Shown here in pieces: positions 47,270 through 56,852 of a DNA stretch of 64,000 nucleotides. The position numbers and the translations under genes were made by a program. Location: positions 915-64,914 of IMG/VR virus record IMGVR_UViG_3300049856_000084; one strand, given 5' to 3'. Position 1 is the first letter of the stretch; each line of letters starts with the position of its first letter. This DNA comes from a virus (Duplodnaviria; Caudoviricetes). The notes under the pieces were generated by a model. That model saw only the letters and a list, made by a program, of their open reading frames with translations, ran no database searches and was not told the origin of the DNA.

Positions 47270-47304
47270 GCCGGTTGAGAAATTCCAAGTCGGGAGACTT
47301 CTGA

Positions 47305-49533
47305 ATGAGCGACGTTACACCAAAAGAAATTCGAGAACGCTTCGTTTACCACAACGATGCATGGGATGAATGGCGCACTCAGGCGGAAATTGACCGCGAA
47401 TATGTCGATGGGAATCCATGGCCTAAAGATGAACAAGCGGCCCGCGAAGGTGTGCGCCCGTGCTATGTATTCAATGAGTTAAAGCAGTACACAAATGCGC
47501 TGGTTAACGGGTTCAGGCAGAACAAACGCGGCATCAAGGTAGGCCCGGATGAATTCGGCACTGATGAAAAGACTGCTGAACTTGAAGAAAACCACATTCG
47601 CCAGATCGAGTACAAGTCTCAGGCCCAAGTAGCCTACACCACGGCAGGAACGAACCAGGTGAAGGGCGGATACGGGTTTGTGGAGGTCAAGCGGGTATTC
47701 ATTCCTGGAACGTTCGAACAAGAAATTCGCATTGTGCCGATTGAAAACGTTGATTCTGTGTCAACTGACCCAGATTCGGTCGAGCCGGACAATTCCGATA
47801 TGATGGATGCATTTCAATTAGCCAGCGCGAGTCACGAGGACTTCAAGCATGACTATCCAGATGCAGAGATAAGGAATTTTTCAAACGATTTGCTACATGA
47901 GTTTCCGCAATGGGTCAATGACAAGCGGGTACAACTTGCGAGATATTGGAGAGCGAAAAAGTCGAATGATACGATTGTTCAGTTAGCGCAAGACGGAAGC
48001 CCACTCACGCTAGAAGAGGGCATGAGGGTCATAAGGAAGCCAAACTTTAACCAGCGCAAGACTGGCATCGTGAACATCGGTGGAATCGATTATGAAATCG
48101 TCGATCTGCGCAAGGAAGACAAGCGCACAATCACAAAGTACATTACCAACGGTATCGAGATCTTGGACGAAATCCCTTGGGATGGCAGCTACATTCCGAT
48201 CATCCCGTTTTGGGGAGAACGAATTTACCTTCGGCGAAAATTAGTGCTCAAGGGATTAGGTAGAGATGCGCGTGATCCGGCTATGGCATTGAACACTTCG
48301 GCCACTACTGTAGTCGAGTTGACCGGGCAAATGCCAAAGGCTCCATTGATGGCAGCCGAAGGTCAATTTGAAGGACATGAAGCCGAAGTTGCGAATGCTA
48401 ATCGAGTTCCGCTTGGGTTTATTTACTACAAGCCGGTCGTGGATTCTGGGTTAGGCCCTATTCAGGTAGCCGCCCCACAGCGTGCTCAATTTGAACCAGC
48501 AGTTCAATCTTTGATGTCGCAGATGGAAATCTTTCGCCGCGCAATCCAATCCAGTACAGGGCTTTCCCCTTTGCCTACTTCGGCTCAACGGGTGAACAAC
48601 AAATCAGGGATTGCATTACAAGAGATTCAGGAAGCAACGAATCTTGGCAGCTATGCATTCACCGACAATTACGAGCGTGGAATAACGAACGTCGGCAAGG
48701 TTGTTGAAGACTTGCTTGGGCCAACTATTGACACGAAGCGCAAAATCATCAACCGCAAGCCTGACGATACCCATGAACTGGTAGAAGTCGATGAGAACGC
48801 CTTCAAATTGCGGCATGATGTGACGATTTCTACCGGCCCGTCGAGTCTCAATCAGGCTGAGAAGGTTAAAGAATTCGCGCTGCAAACTATCAGCAACAAC
48901 AGTATTGTGCCAGCCGCCATTAGTGGCAATAAGCTTGCGCAGCAGTTTCTTGGGGCGTCTTTGAAGTTGCTGCAATTGGGTCCGATGGGAGATCCGTTGA
49001 TCGACGCGCTTGACCCTGAACAGCAAGGGCAGCAAGTGCCGCCAGAACTTCAACAACAGATGATGCAGCAGACTCAAGCGCTTCAGGCCCTGAATGCCCA
49101 TGCTCAGCAAATGGAGCAAGAAAACGCAGAACTGAAGCAAAAACTTGAATTCAACCAAGAAGAATTGGCGCAAAAGGAACGCATCGCGGCGGCTGATCGT
49201 GAATCCAAGGAACGGATTGCGGCCATGCAGTATGGGGCTAAATTAGAAGCAGACTTGGCTAAACTTGGTTCCGCTGAAAGCTTAGCACTTGGGGAACATG
49301 AAGCGCGATTCCTTGAATCTGAGGTTGATCGCGAACACGAAATCGGCATGACGATGATGGGTCATGCTCAAAAAACTGAAATGGCGGACCAGCAACATGA
49401 AAAAGATCTGCAAAAGCAGATGGTTTCCGCCGATCAATCGAGCCAATTGGCCGAACAGCAACACGAACAAGGACTGGAGCAGCAACAGCAGGCGGCGGAA
49501 TTGGCACCAGAGCCAGTCAAGGATGAGGCGTAG
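47305..49533 (+). CDS. Portal protein, P22 gp1-like
   Basis: Y.DG..W.....R..RP...FN, IPIIPFWGE, GL.R.ARDP, SGIAL, DVTISTGPS; Q-rich C-terminal coiled coil. Confidence 0.92.
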   Translation: MSDVTPKEIRERFVYHNDAWDEWRTQAEIDREYVDGNPWPKDEQAAREGVRPCYVFNELKQYTNALVNGFRQNKRGIKVGPDEFGTDEKTAELEENHIRQIEYKSQAQVAYTTAGTNQVKGGYGFVEVKRVFIPGTFEQEIRIVPIENVDSVSTDPDSVEPDNSDMMDAFQLASASHEDFKHDYPDAEIRNFSNDLLHEFPQWVNDKRVQLARYWRAKKSNDTIVQLAQDGSPLTLEEGMRVIRKPNFNQRKTGIVNIGGIDYEIVDLRKEDKRTITKYITNGIEILDEIPWDGSYIPIIPFWGERIYLRRKLVLKGLGRDARDPAMALNTSATTVVELTGQMPKAPLMAAEGQFEGHEAEVANANRVPLGFIYYKPVVDSGLGPIQVAAPQRAQFEPAVQSLMSQMEIFRRAIQSSTGLSPLPTSAQRVNNKSGIALQEIQEATNLGSYAFTDNYERGITNVGKVVEDLLGPTIDTKRKIINRKPDDTHELVEVDENAFKLRHDVTISTGPSSLNQAEKVKEFALQTISNNSIVPAAISGNKLAQQFLGASLKLLQLGPMGDPLIDALDPEQQGQQVPPELQQQMMQQTQALQALNAHAQQMEQENAELKQKLEFNQEELAQKERIAAADRESKERIAAMQYGAKLEADLAKLGSAESLALGEHEARFLESEVDREHEIGMTMMGHAQKTEMADQQHEKDLQKQMVSADQSSQLAEQQHEQGLEQQQQAAELAPEPVKDEA

Positions 49534-49594
49534 AAACAAAACGATGTTCAGTTTGCAAAATACTTGACATTAGGTGTATAGTGTTCTTAGTTGA

Positions 49595-49673
49595 ACGTCG
49601 TGAGACGTGCAATGGTTCGCCCGGAGAGTCCCAATAGGACATGGACGAACCTAAAACTAGCGTCGTGAGACGC
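49595..49673 (+). promoter_or_regulatory. Two CGTC-GTGA-GACG hairpins in the scaffold leader (third copy at 42705-42718)
   Basis: Exact 12-mer at 49596, 49661 and 42706; the latter two abut the RBS. Confidence 0.75.
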
Positions 49674-49684
49674 GAGGAGTAGGA

Positions 49685-50683
49685 ATGGCTGACTTAGGCG
49701 CAAACCCGGCAGAATCGTCAACTGCCACAGCACCTCCCGACTCATTGTCCGCAATGACCGAAGCCGCGCTTCAGCGGTGGCAAAATCCAGACAAACCCGA
49801 GGAATCTGGGGCCTCGGAACCACTTGAAGTTGAAGAGAAGGCAGCGGAAACAAGCATAGCCGATGAAGAACCGGAACCGGCAGAAGAAAAAGCCGTCAAA
49901 CCCGGTGGAAAACTCAAAACAAAAGAAGACACAGCAAAGAGGATGGCAGATCTTCTTGCTGAAATCAACACACTGAAAGCCGAAAAGCGCGAAAGCGAAA
50001 AAAAGCCGGAAGTTCCTGTTGAGTCTCCTAAAACTGAACCTGTTGAAGCTTCCTCACTTAAAGAGCCAGATGAACCTCCCTCGCTGGAGGAGTTTGAAGG
50101 CACACTCAAGGAATGGGAGAAACTCAACCGAGCCTACCTCAAGGATCTAGCCAAGTATTTGGTTGACAAATCCAAAGAGGAAAGTAAGGCCGAGCGTCAG
50201 CAGGAAAGTGCGAAGGCTACAACTGAAGCAGAGACTAAGCGGTTGAAAGATATCTGGTTCAAAAAGGTGGATCTTGCAAAAGAATCCTATCCTGATTATG
50301 AATCGGTAGCTTTTAACGCCGAAATCCCAATCAGCGCAGCCATGGACGCATTCATTATTGACCCGGAGAATGATGGCGCTAAGCTATTGTATCTGCTGGG
50401 ACAAGATTTGGAAGAGGCAAAAAGAATCTTTAAGCTGTCTCCAAATGCGGCTACAAAAGCGCTTGTCAAACTTGAGGCTTCCATCGAAGCAGAAACGGAA
50501 GAATCTAAGCCAGAACCAACTCGGAAACCAATCAACATATCAAAAGCCTCACGGCCTGCAACTGATATTCCGCGAGCATCCGGCTTGCCGAAAGATCCGT
50601 CACTTGAAGCCGTGAAAGCCAATGATTTTGGAGCCTTCAGAGCAGCCGAACAGGCTAAAGCTCAAGCAAGGCGGAGGGCTTAA
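49685..50683 (+). CDS. Capsid scaffolding protein
   Basis: E/K/P-rich, YPDYE.V and LLY.LG...EEAKRI..LSP motifs; between portal and coat. Confidence 0.85.
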   Translation: MADLGANPAESSTATAPPDSLSAMTEAALQRWQNPDKPEESGASEPLEVEEKAAETSIADEEPEPAEEKAVKPGGKLKTKEDTAKRMADLLAEINTLKAEKRESEKKPEVPVESPKTEPVEASSLKEPDEPPSLEEFEGTLKEWEKLNRAYLKDLAKYLVDKSKEESKAERQQESAKATTEAETKRLKDIWFKKVDLAKESYPDYESVAFNAEIPISAAMDAFIIDPENDGAKLLYLLGQDLEEAKRIFKLSPNAATKALVKLEASIEAETEESKPEPTRKPINISKASRPATDIPRASGLPKDPSLEAVKANDFGAFRAAEQAKAQARRRA

Positions 50684-50686
50684 ACA

Positions 50687-51946
50687 GTGTCAAATGACCA
50701 GTTCGTATTTGCTGACTGGGTAGCCATGAAGAGTCTTGACCGACTCATCAATAAGCTAGTCATTTCAGAGAATTTCACGATGCGGTACAACGAGGAGTAC
50801 AACAAAGATTTTGCTGTTGGACCCACCGTTCGCGTCAAATACCCACAACGGTTCAAAGCAGTAGATGGCATGGTATTTGGTAACCAAGCTATTTCCCGGC
50901 GAACCACCACAGTCAATGTGGACCAACCCTTCCACGTACCATTTGCAATGGATTCAATCGACGTTTCGCTTTACAGCGAGCGTGGCCGCGAAGCAGTGCA
51001 AGAAGAGTACATTGAGCCAGCCATGGACGAAATGGCACAGCAGATTGAATCTCGTGCGGCTTTGTTCGCGTATCAGAATACCTCCAACATTGTGGGTATT
51101 TTGGGAACCGACCCAACCGACGATACAACGCTTGCATCGGCCCGCCAGCGGCTTGTAGACTTCGGCGCTTATGCTGGGGCGAAACGCGCAATTCTAAGTA
51201 CTGGAATGGCAACGGCTATCGGCAACGGACTTTCCACCCGCTTCAACCCCAGTTCGGATGTCAGTAAGATCTACCGGCAGGGTGCCCTTGGCGAACTTCG
51301 CACTTTCGATTGCTACGAATCGGTTTCTTTGTACAGCCACACCGCTGGTACTTGGGCTGGCGCGGTAACCGTCAATGGCGCTGGCCAGCAGGGTGCTCCT
51401 GGTTCAACCACTCAGGGGCAAGCTCTGAACATCAACTGTACATCTGGCGACACCTTCAAGAAAGGTGACGTGTTCAAGATTGCTTCAGTTAATGCTGCCA
51501 ATCCCCAAACCCGGCGTATCGTCTCTTCTGGCGCACGTCAATTTGTGGTCACTCAGGATTTCACTGCAACCGCATCGACTGGCACAATCCAGATCAAGCC
51601 TGCAATGTATGGTCCTGGGGACAACTACCAGAATGTTGACGCGCTTCCGGCAAATGCTGCGGCACTTACACTGTTCCCCGGTACTTCCTCGCCAAACGGC
51701 AAGGTTGGTATGCAGGGTATTGCTTCTCTCAAGGATGCTTTCGCTTTGGTTGGCGTCAAGCTACCCGAATTGAAGGGGTCAACTGAGTACAGCAAAACAG
51801 TGCAAGATCCAACAACGGGCTTGTCAATTTGCTTGTCGAAATTCAACAACCCTGAAACTCGCGTATTCGGTTGGAGGCTCGATACAAACATGGGCTTCGG
51901 CGACCTTTACGGCGATTATCTGTCGGTTAGAATCCTGGGAGCATAA
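50687..51946 (+). CDS. Major capsid protein, P22 gp5-like
   Basis: G.TVRVK.P.RF, YIEPAM..MA..IE, insertion domain FKKGDVF.IA.V, RLD...GFG. Confidence 0.92.
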   Translation: MSNDQFVFADWVAMKSLDRLINKLVISENFTMRYNEEYNKDFAVGPTVRVKYPQRFKAVDGMVFGNQAISRRTTTVNVDQPFHVPFAMDSIDVSLYSERGREAVQEEYIEPAMDEMAQQIESRAALFAYQNTSNIVGILGTDPTDDTTLASARQRLVDFGAYAGAKRAILSTGMATAIGNGLSTRFNPSSDVSKIYRQGALGELRTFDCYESVSLYSHTAGTWAGAVTVNGAGQQGAPGSTTQGQALNINCTSGDTFKKGDVFKIASVNAANPQTRRIVSSGARQFVVTQDFTATASTGTIQIKPAMYGPGDNYQNVDALPANAAALTLFPGTSSPNGKVGMQGIASLKDAFALVGVKLPELKGSTEYSKTVQDPTTGLSICLSKFNNPETRVFGWRLDTNMGFGDLYGDYLSVRILGA

Positions 51947-51958
51947 GGAGAACACATC

Positions 51959-52624
51959 ATGGCAAATACTCTTACTCAAACAACTCTCAGTGGTGCTATC
52001 ACCGCAAATCAGACTATCTTCACCTTGGCTTCCGGTACTGGAATTTCCGTTGGTATGAACTTGTACGTGATCGACCCCAATGAACAATTGGGCGAACTCA
52101 TGTCAGTGCGTGCCATCTCTAGTGCTGTAGTTACCGTGAATCGCTTTGGCATAAGTGGTGGCAACAAAGTTCCGCACTCCACAGGTGCTATTGTTCTGGC
52201 CGGAACCCCAGATCAGTTCTACACCAAAAACCCTTACGGGGGCGTAGTGGCTGCGGATATCGCAAACACCCCATATGTCAACATCACGACCGGCGAACAG
52301 TGGCTTGCCCCAACATTGGCTGGCTTGAACTGGGTCAAAGGCTGGAACCAGCCCGCTCCGTTTGGTCCTACAGCGGCGGTTGCTTCGGCAGCCGGGGCTA
52401 TTCTTCCAAGCGGACCACTGTTTCACGTTACCGGAACTGCTGCCGTTACTGGCTTCACCATTCCGGTCGGTTTTGCAGGTGGATCTTTCACGATTATCCC
52501 TGATGGGGCATTTACTTGGACTACAGCAGGCAATATCGCACTTGCCGGTACTGCGGTGGTTTCGCGTGCGCTGACCTTTACATGGGAAAGCAACGCGGCT
52601 AAGTTCTACCCCTCATACGTGTAA
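51959..52624 (+). CDS. Head decoration/fibre protein
   Basis: Directly after coat, AAGGAG RBS, beta-rich. Confidence 0.65.
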   Translation: MANTLTQTTLSGAITANQTIFTLASGTGISVGMNLYVIDPNEQLGELMSVRAISSAVVTVNRFGISGGNKVPHSTGAIVLAGTPDQFYTKNPYGGVVAADIANTPYVNITTGEQWLAPTLAGLNWVKGWNQPAPFGPTAAVASAAGAILPSGPLFHVTGTAAVTGFTIPVGFAGGSFTIIPDGAFTWTTAGNIALAGTAVVSRALTFTWESNAAKFYPSYV

Positions 52625-52638
52625 TCGATAACCAATAA

Positions 52639-52665
52639 GCCGAGGGCCTTAACCGGCCTTCGGCC
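52639..52665 (+). terminator. Hairpin after the capsid genes (weak terminator or stabiliser)
   Basis: GCCGAGGGCC-TTAACC-GGCCTTCGGC; no T tail. Confidence 0.45.
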
Positions 52666-52685
52666 CAAACCATAAAGGATATCCA

Positions 52686-53090
52686 ATGCAGCCAGTCAAT
52701 AATTTTCCAAACAAGCCCGTAGTTTATACCGCCGCAGGCATTGATCCTGATCCGCCGGTGGAATACCCATGCATGGTATACAACTTCGATGGCGCGACAA
52801 AGATCGTGCATGATGAAGCATCTGAAGTAGCTGCGAAGGCAAGCGGATGGACCCGTACAGTAGTCGAAGCCCCACCGCCGCCAGTTGTGCTCTCCCCGTT
52901 TGACCAGCTTCGCGCAGATTTTGAAAACCTGAAGTTCGACGTATGGGTTCACCAAACGGTACTTACGGAGGCTGGTTTGATTCAGCCAAGCGGATATCCC
53001 GTTCCTGGAATTCCTGCGATTGTCGTGGCTAAGGCAGTGGAAGAGCCGAAGCTACCCCAAATCCCTCTGCCAAAGGTAACCAAGAAATGA
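52686..53090 (+). CDS. Hypothetical head-region protein
   Basis: EYP.MVY....KIV.DE..E......GW motif typical downstream of P22-like coat genes. Confidence 0.6.
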   Translation: MQPVNNFPNKPVVYTAAGIDPDPPVEYPCMVYNFDGATKIVHDEASEVAAKASGWTRTVVEAPPPPVVLSPFDQLRADFENLKFDVWVHQTVLTEAGLIQPSGYPVPGIPAIVVAKAVEEPKLPQIPLPKVTKK

Positions 53091-53559
53091 AGCTACTACT
53101 CCTAGTTTTGGCGATGACTTCGTTGTATGCTCAAACGCAACCTTATCGCGTGTTTCCGCCTGAAGTCCCACGATTTGGAGTCAGCAAAGAGACTGCGCTT
53201 ACTGCGGCAACGGAAAAGGTCACAATTCAGAATGCATTAAAGACGAAGGTTACATTTGAATCGGTTACCGTTTATTGTTCTGTGGCCTGCGATGTAACGT
53301 TTCAGCAGAACGGAACGGCGGCGACGGCAACAGCCGTAACATTTGGTAACAGTGTGTTCTTCAGCCTTAACGGCGTTATGACCCCAACCTCAACCGTGTA
53401 ACGACCTACAAGTATAGTGTCGCGGCTGGTACCACATCCGTCTTTGATTGTTCCAAAGTGTACATCGGCGGGTCTACCGTTGGTAATTTTTCTATTGGCG
53501 TGTCAAGCATCACTGGAACGGCACGCATTACAGCGCAATGGGTTGAGCAGTATAACTAG
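53087..53559 (+). pseudogene. Signal-peptide beta protein split by a frameshift near 53371-53401
   Basis: ORF stops at 53401; the -1 frame continues TTYKYSVAAGTTSVFD...ITAQWVEQYN to 53559 with no evident RBS and start of its own. Confidence 0.55.
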
Positions 53560-53568
53560 AGCGAAACA

Positions 53569-54261
53569 ATGGCAACTCTCGTATCAGACACCATCCTACA
53601 ATCGTTCGTTGATATGGGTTCCATAACGGCAGGCGGATCTATATCCACAGCACAGCAGACGGCTGCGTTCCTGATTTTACAGCAAATGTGGGCTGGCTGG
53701 TCAACAGAACAGGATATGTCGAATGCGGTATACCATCAGGCTTTCACTCTTACTGCTGGGCAGAACGCCTATACATTGGGAACGGCTGGCACACTGGTAG
53801 CAACAGCAAACCCATTGCGGGTGACGGCGGCAACGTCTACATCTGGAGCCTTCAGAAACCCTGTGACGGTGGTTTCCTTTGATAAGTTCGATCAACTCGT
53901 GGCAGATGGAACCGGCAAAACTTCGGTCCTGGCTGAATTGGTGGCGGTCGATAATTCCTACCCTACAAAAAATATTCGTGTTTATCCGACCCCCGCCGCT
54001 TCACCAGGGTCTCTCACGTTGGAATATTTTGCTCAACTGGCGCAATTTGCAACAGTTGGTGATTCGCTGAACTTGGCACCTGGGTATGAGGAAGCGCTGC
54101 ATTACAACTTAGCAGTTGCGCTCTACCCGCAATACCGCAGAGCGGCTGGGATACCGCCCGAGCTGGCTATATTGGCAGAGAACTCCAAGCGGCGCATTAT
54201 GGACTTGAACCGTTCTATTCTGGGGCTTCAACAGGCAGCACAAACGCCCGCAGTCGCATAA
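53569..54261 (+). CDS. Head-tail adaptor (P22 gp4-like), paralog 1
   Basis: TLTAGQ..YTLG..G, VYPTP, L.PGYEEALHYNLAV.L.PQY. Confidence 0.75.
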   Translation: MATLVSDTILQSFVDMGSITAGGSISTAQQTAAFLILQQMWAGWSTEQDMSNAVYHQAFTLTAGQNAYTLGTAGTLVATANPLRVTAATSTSGAFRNPVTVVSFDKFDQLVADGTGKTSVLAELVAVDNSYPTKNIRVYPTPAASPGSLTLEYFAQLAQFATVGDSLNLAPGYEEALHYNLAVALYPQYRRAAGIPPELAILAENSKRRIMDLNRSILGLQQAAQTPAVA

Positions 54262-54273
54262 AAGGGGGCCTAC

Positions 54274-55059
54274 ATGGCGTTATGGAACGATAGTCTATGG
54301 AATGGTCCATCCGGTACCGGCGTCACCGCTGGGCACATCATTGGCGATGCCCTGAGAATTGCTGGAATTACCCAACGCGCAGGGTTCGGACCTGACGAAG
54401 ATCAAGTTGAAGAACTTCGGCGTGCATTGAACCGATTGATGGGGCAATTGAACTGCCAAGCCAATGCAATTTATGGTAAAAGCATTGAATCATTCCCCGT
54501 AGTGGCCGGGCAACAAACCTATACAATCGGTGTTGGTGGCGAATGGGATACAGATCGGCCTCAACGCATCGAGATAGCTAATTTCGTTTATGGCTCGGCT
54601 CCTTGGCGCATACCGATGCGGATCTTGGACGATCAGGAATGGGGTGCGATTCAACTTCAATCTGCAAGTTCTAATATCCCAGCAGCGCTTTACAATGACG
54701 GGGCTAACCCGATCAGTACAATCTACCTTTACTACGTGCCTTCCGGGCCTGGGAGCGTGGAATTGTACCTGTGGAGCCTTCTAAAGTCGGATTTTGTATC
54801 GGTTGACGATGTGGCTGAGTTTCCCCCTGGGTATGCCGAAGCGATTACGCTGCATTTGGCGATAAAGGCTGCGATGCTGTACCCGTTACAACAAGCCATG
54901 ATGAAAGAGGTATTTCAGCAGGCAGCGATAGCCTTGGCGAATGTCAAATCGCTTAATTCTTCCGTCCCAAAGCTTTATACTGATGCTCCGCAATCAAATC
55001 AGGGCTGCGGTCCGTCGAATTGGCGAACTATTTCTATTCTTGGACCATATGCTCGATGA
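54274..55059 (+). CDS. Head-tail adaptor (P22 gp4-like), paralog 2
   Basis: II.DALR.AG, AGQQTYTIG.GG...RP.RI, FPPGY.EAI...LA. Confidence 0.75.
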   Translation: MALWNDSLWNGPSGTGVTAGHIIGDALRIAGITQRAGFGPDEDQVEELRRALNRLMGQLNCQANAIYGKSIESFPVVAGQQTYTIGVGGEWDTDRPQRIEIANFVYGSAPWRIPMRILDDQEWGAIQLQSASSNIPAALYNDGANPISTIYLYYVPSGPGSVELYLWSLLKSDFVSVDDVAEFPPGYAEAITLHLAIKAAMLYPLQQAMMKEVFQQAAIALANVKSLNSSVPKLYTDAPQSNQGCGPSNWRTISILGPYAR

Positions 55060-56852
55060 GAATTCCCTTACTTGGTCAGTCCTATCAGCCTCTAAGCCTT
55101 GCGGCTTCGGCGCAGGATTGTATCAACTTGTTTTTCGAGCCTACTGAAGACCCAAACGAGAAAGCAAAGGGCATCGGGGCGTTGTATGGGACGCCTGGAC
55201 GAACTTCTATCGGAACAAATGCAAACTTAGGTGGGGAAATTCGCGGGGTGTGGTCTGGGGCTGGCCGTGTGTTCGTTATGGGGGCTCTCAAGTTCTGCGA
55301 ATTTACTTCGGCGGGGGTTTTTGTCACTTCATACGCCATGCCTGGGGGTTTCGTAAACGGGCACATGCCGGTGGGGATATTCAGTAACGGCACCCAGTTC
55401 ATGTTAGTGACATCAGATGAAGTGGCAGGGAACCCGCATGGGTTCGCTTATTTTCTAAATGCTGGCGTCGTCACTAAGTGCGTATTTGATTCGTATGTAG
55501 GTACGGTAAATGTGCCCGTTGGCGGCGGCGCTGGTGTGCCGTTCTTGGTTAATTGGGTATCTGGTGATCTGTTCTTGAGTGACGGCACTTGGGACGGGAG
55601 TACTGTGGTGATCGCTGGGGTACCCGCACCTTGCACTGTACTTGCTGGCAGCGTCGATATTAATGGGACTTTCATGTTCTGCACGTCTGTTGGCGTTACG
55701 GGTGTTTTGACTGGAGCGGCCTATACCCATGCCGCTGGTGATGTCACCGCTATTACTGGGGCCTACCTTGACGGCTATTTCATCGTACAGCGTCCACCAA
55801 CGGCTGGGGCAAACCTTGGGCAACAGATCAACATTTCCCGGTATCTGTGCTTGGATGCTGATGGCGTAGCCGGATCTGGTCAAAAGTGGGATGGATTAGA
55901 TTATGCTCGCAAGGAATCCTCAATCGATAATTTGCAGTGCATCTACACCCACAATGAACAGCTTTTTCTGAAGGGTACAAACACGCTGGAGATCTGGCAG
56001 GCAAGCGGTGGAGTCACCCAGACCGGGCTTGCTGGCTTCCCGTTTCAACGTATCAATGGCGCGACGGCCAACTATGGTACGGTTTCTCGCTGGGCTGATG
56101 CATCGATCAACAATTTGATGTTCAGCATTGGGAGCGATTTTAACGGCGGCATTGTCGCCTACATGTTTGACGGGCTGACACCGACCAGAATCAGCACCTT
56201 CGCCGAAGAATCAGCTTGGGAAAACACCGAGATGCGGCACAGCATTGGGTTTTGCGAACGGCACGGCGGACACACATTTTACGTTATCAATACTGGCGCG
56301 GTGACTTGGGTGTATGATGCCACGGCAAAGGCTTGGCATCAACGTTACAGGTACTCAGGTGGGGCATTCGCTCCATACGGAACGTGCTTCCATACCTTTG
56401 TGCAGGAAGGGAACAGCCAGCTTGGAATTCACATCACGGCTGGGCCACACTACCAATTGGCGACATATGACGCGAATCTCTACAAGGAATCGCTCTACAT
56501 CTATTCCGACAATGGCACGGACATGAAGCGACAGCGGACGCTTCCCTATCAGTACGATGCTGCGAACGTTGATTTCTTTGGTCGCATGGATCTTGAAATG
56601 GAAACGGGCACAGTGCCAAGTGGGGCCGCGCCCAATGTGAACAGGAGTTACTCAGCCGATAGGGGACGCACCTTCTCAACTGAAGAACCAGCTTCTATCG
56701 GTGTGCATGATGACTCTGGCCTAACGGTGGCATGGCTCGCCGGTGGGTCTGGATCGAAGCGGATATGGCGATTCACGGTTATCGGCCAATTCAAAGTTGC
56801 GCTGATCGACTGCCAAGTTGATACCAGTGCTGGGCTTGGGAGGATCGGATAA
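55056..56852 (+). CDS. Tail hub / packaged-DNA stabilisation protein (P22 gp10-like)
   Basis: GQSY....S.Q.CINLF.E, LYGTPG, YLDGYF, FPFQRI.G, RIST.A.E, GHTFYV, TWVYD....WH.R. Confidence 0.85.
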   Translation: MRIPLLGQSYQPLSLAASAQDCINLFFEPTEDPNEKAKGIGALYGTPGRTSIGTNANLGGEIRGVWSGAGRVFVMGALKFCEFTSAGVFVTSYAMPGGFVNGHMPVGIFSNGTQFMLVTSDEVAGNPHGFAYFLNAGVVTKCVFDSYVGTVNVPVGGGAGVPFLVNWVSGDLFLSDGTWDGSTVVIAGVPAPCTVLAGSVDINGTFMFCTSVGVTGVLTGAAYTHAAGDVTAITGAYLDGYFIVQRPPTAGANLGQQINISRYLCLDADGVAGSGQKWDGLDYARKESSIDNLQCIYTHNEQLFLKGTNTLEIWQASGGVTQTGLAGFPFQRINGATANYGTVSRWADASINNLMFSIGSDFNGGIVAYMFDGLTPTRISTFAEESAWENTEMRHSIGFCERHGGHTFYVINTGAVTWVYDATAKAWHQRYRYSGGAFAPYGTCFHTFVQEGNSQLGIHITAGPHYQLATYDANLYKESLYIYSDNGTDMKRQRTLPYQYDAANVDFFGRMDLEMETGTVPSGAAPNVNRSYSADRGRTFSTEEPASIGVHDDSGLTVAWLAGGSGSKRIWRFTVIGQFKVALIDCQVDTSAGLGRIG

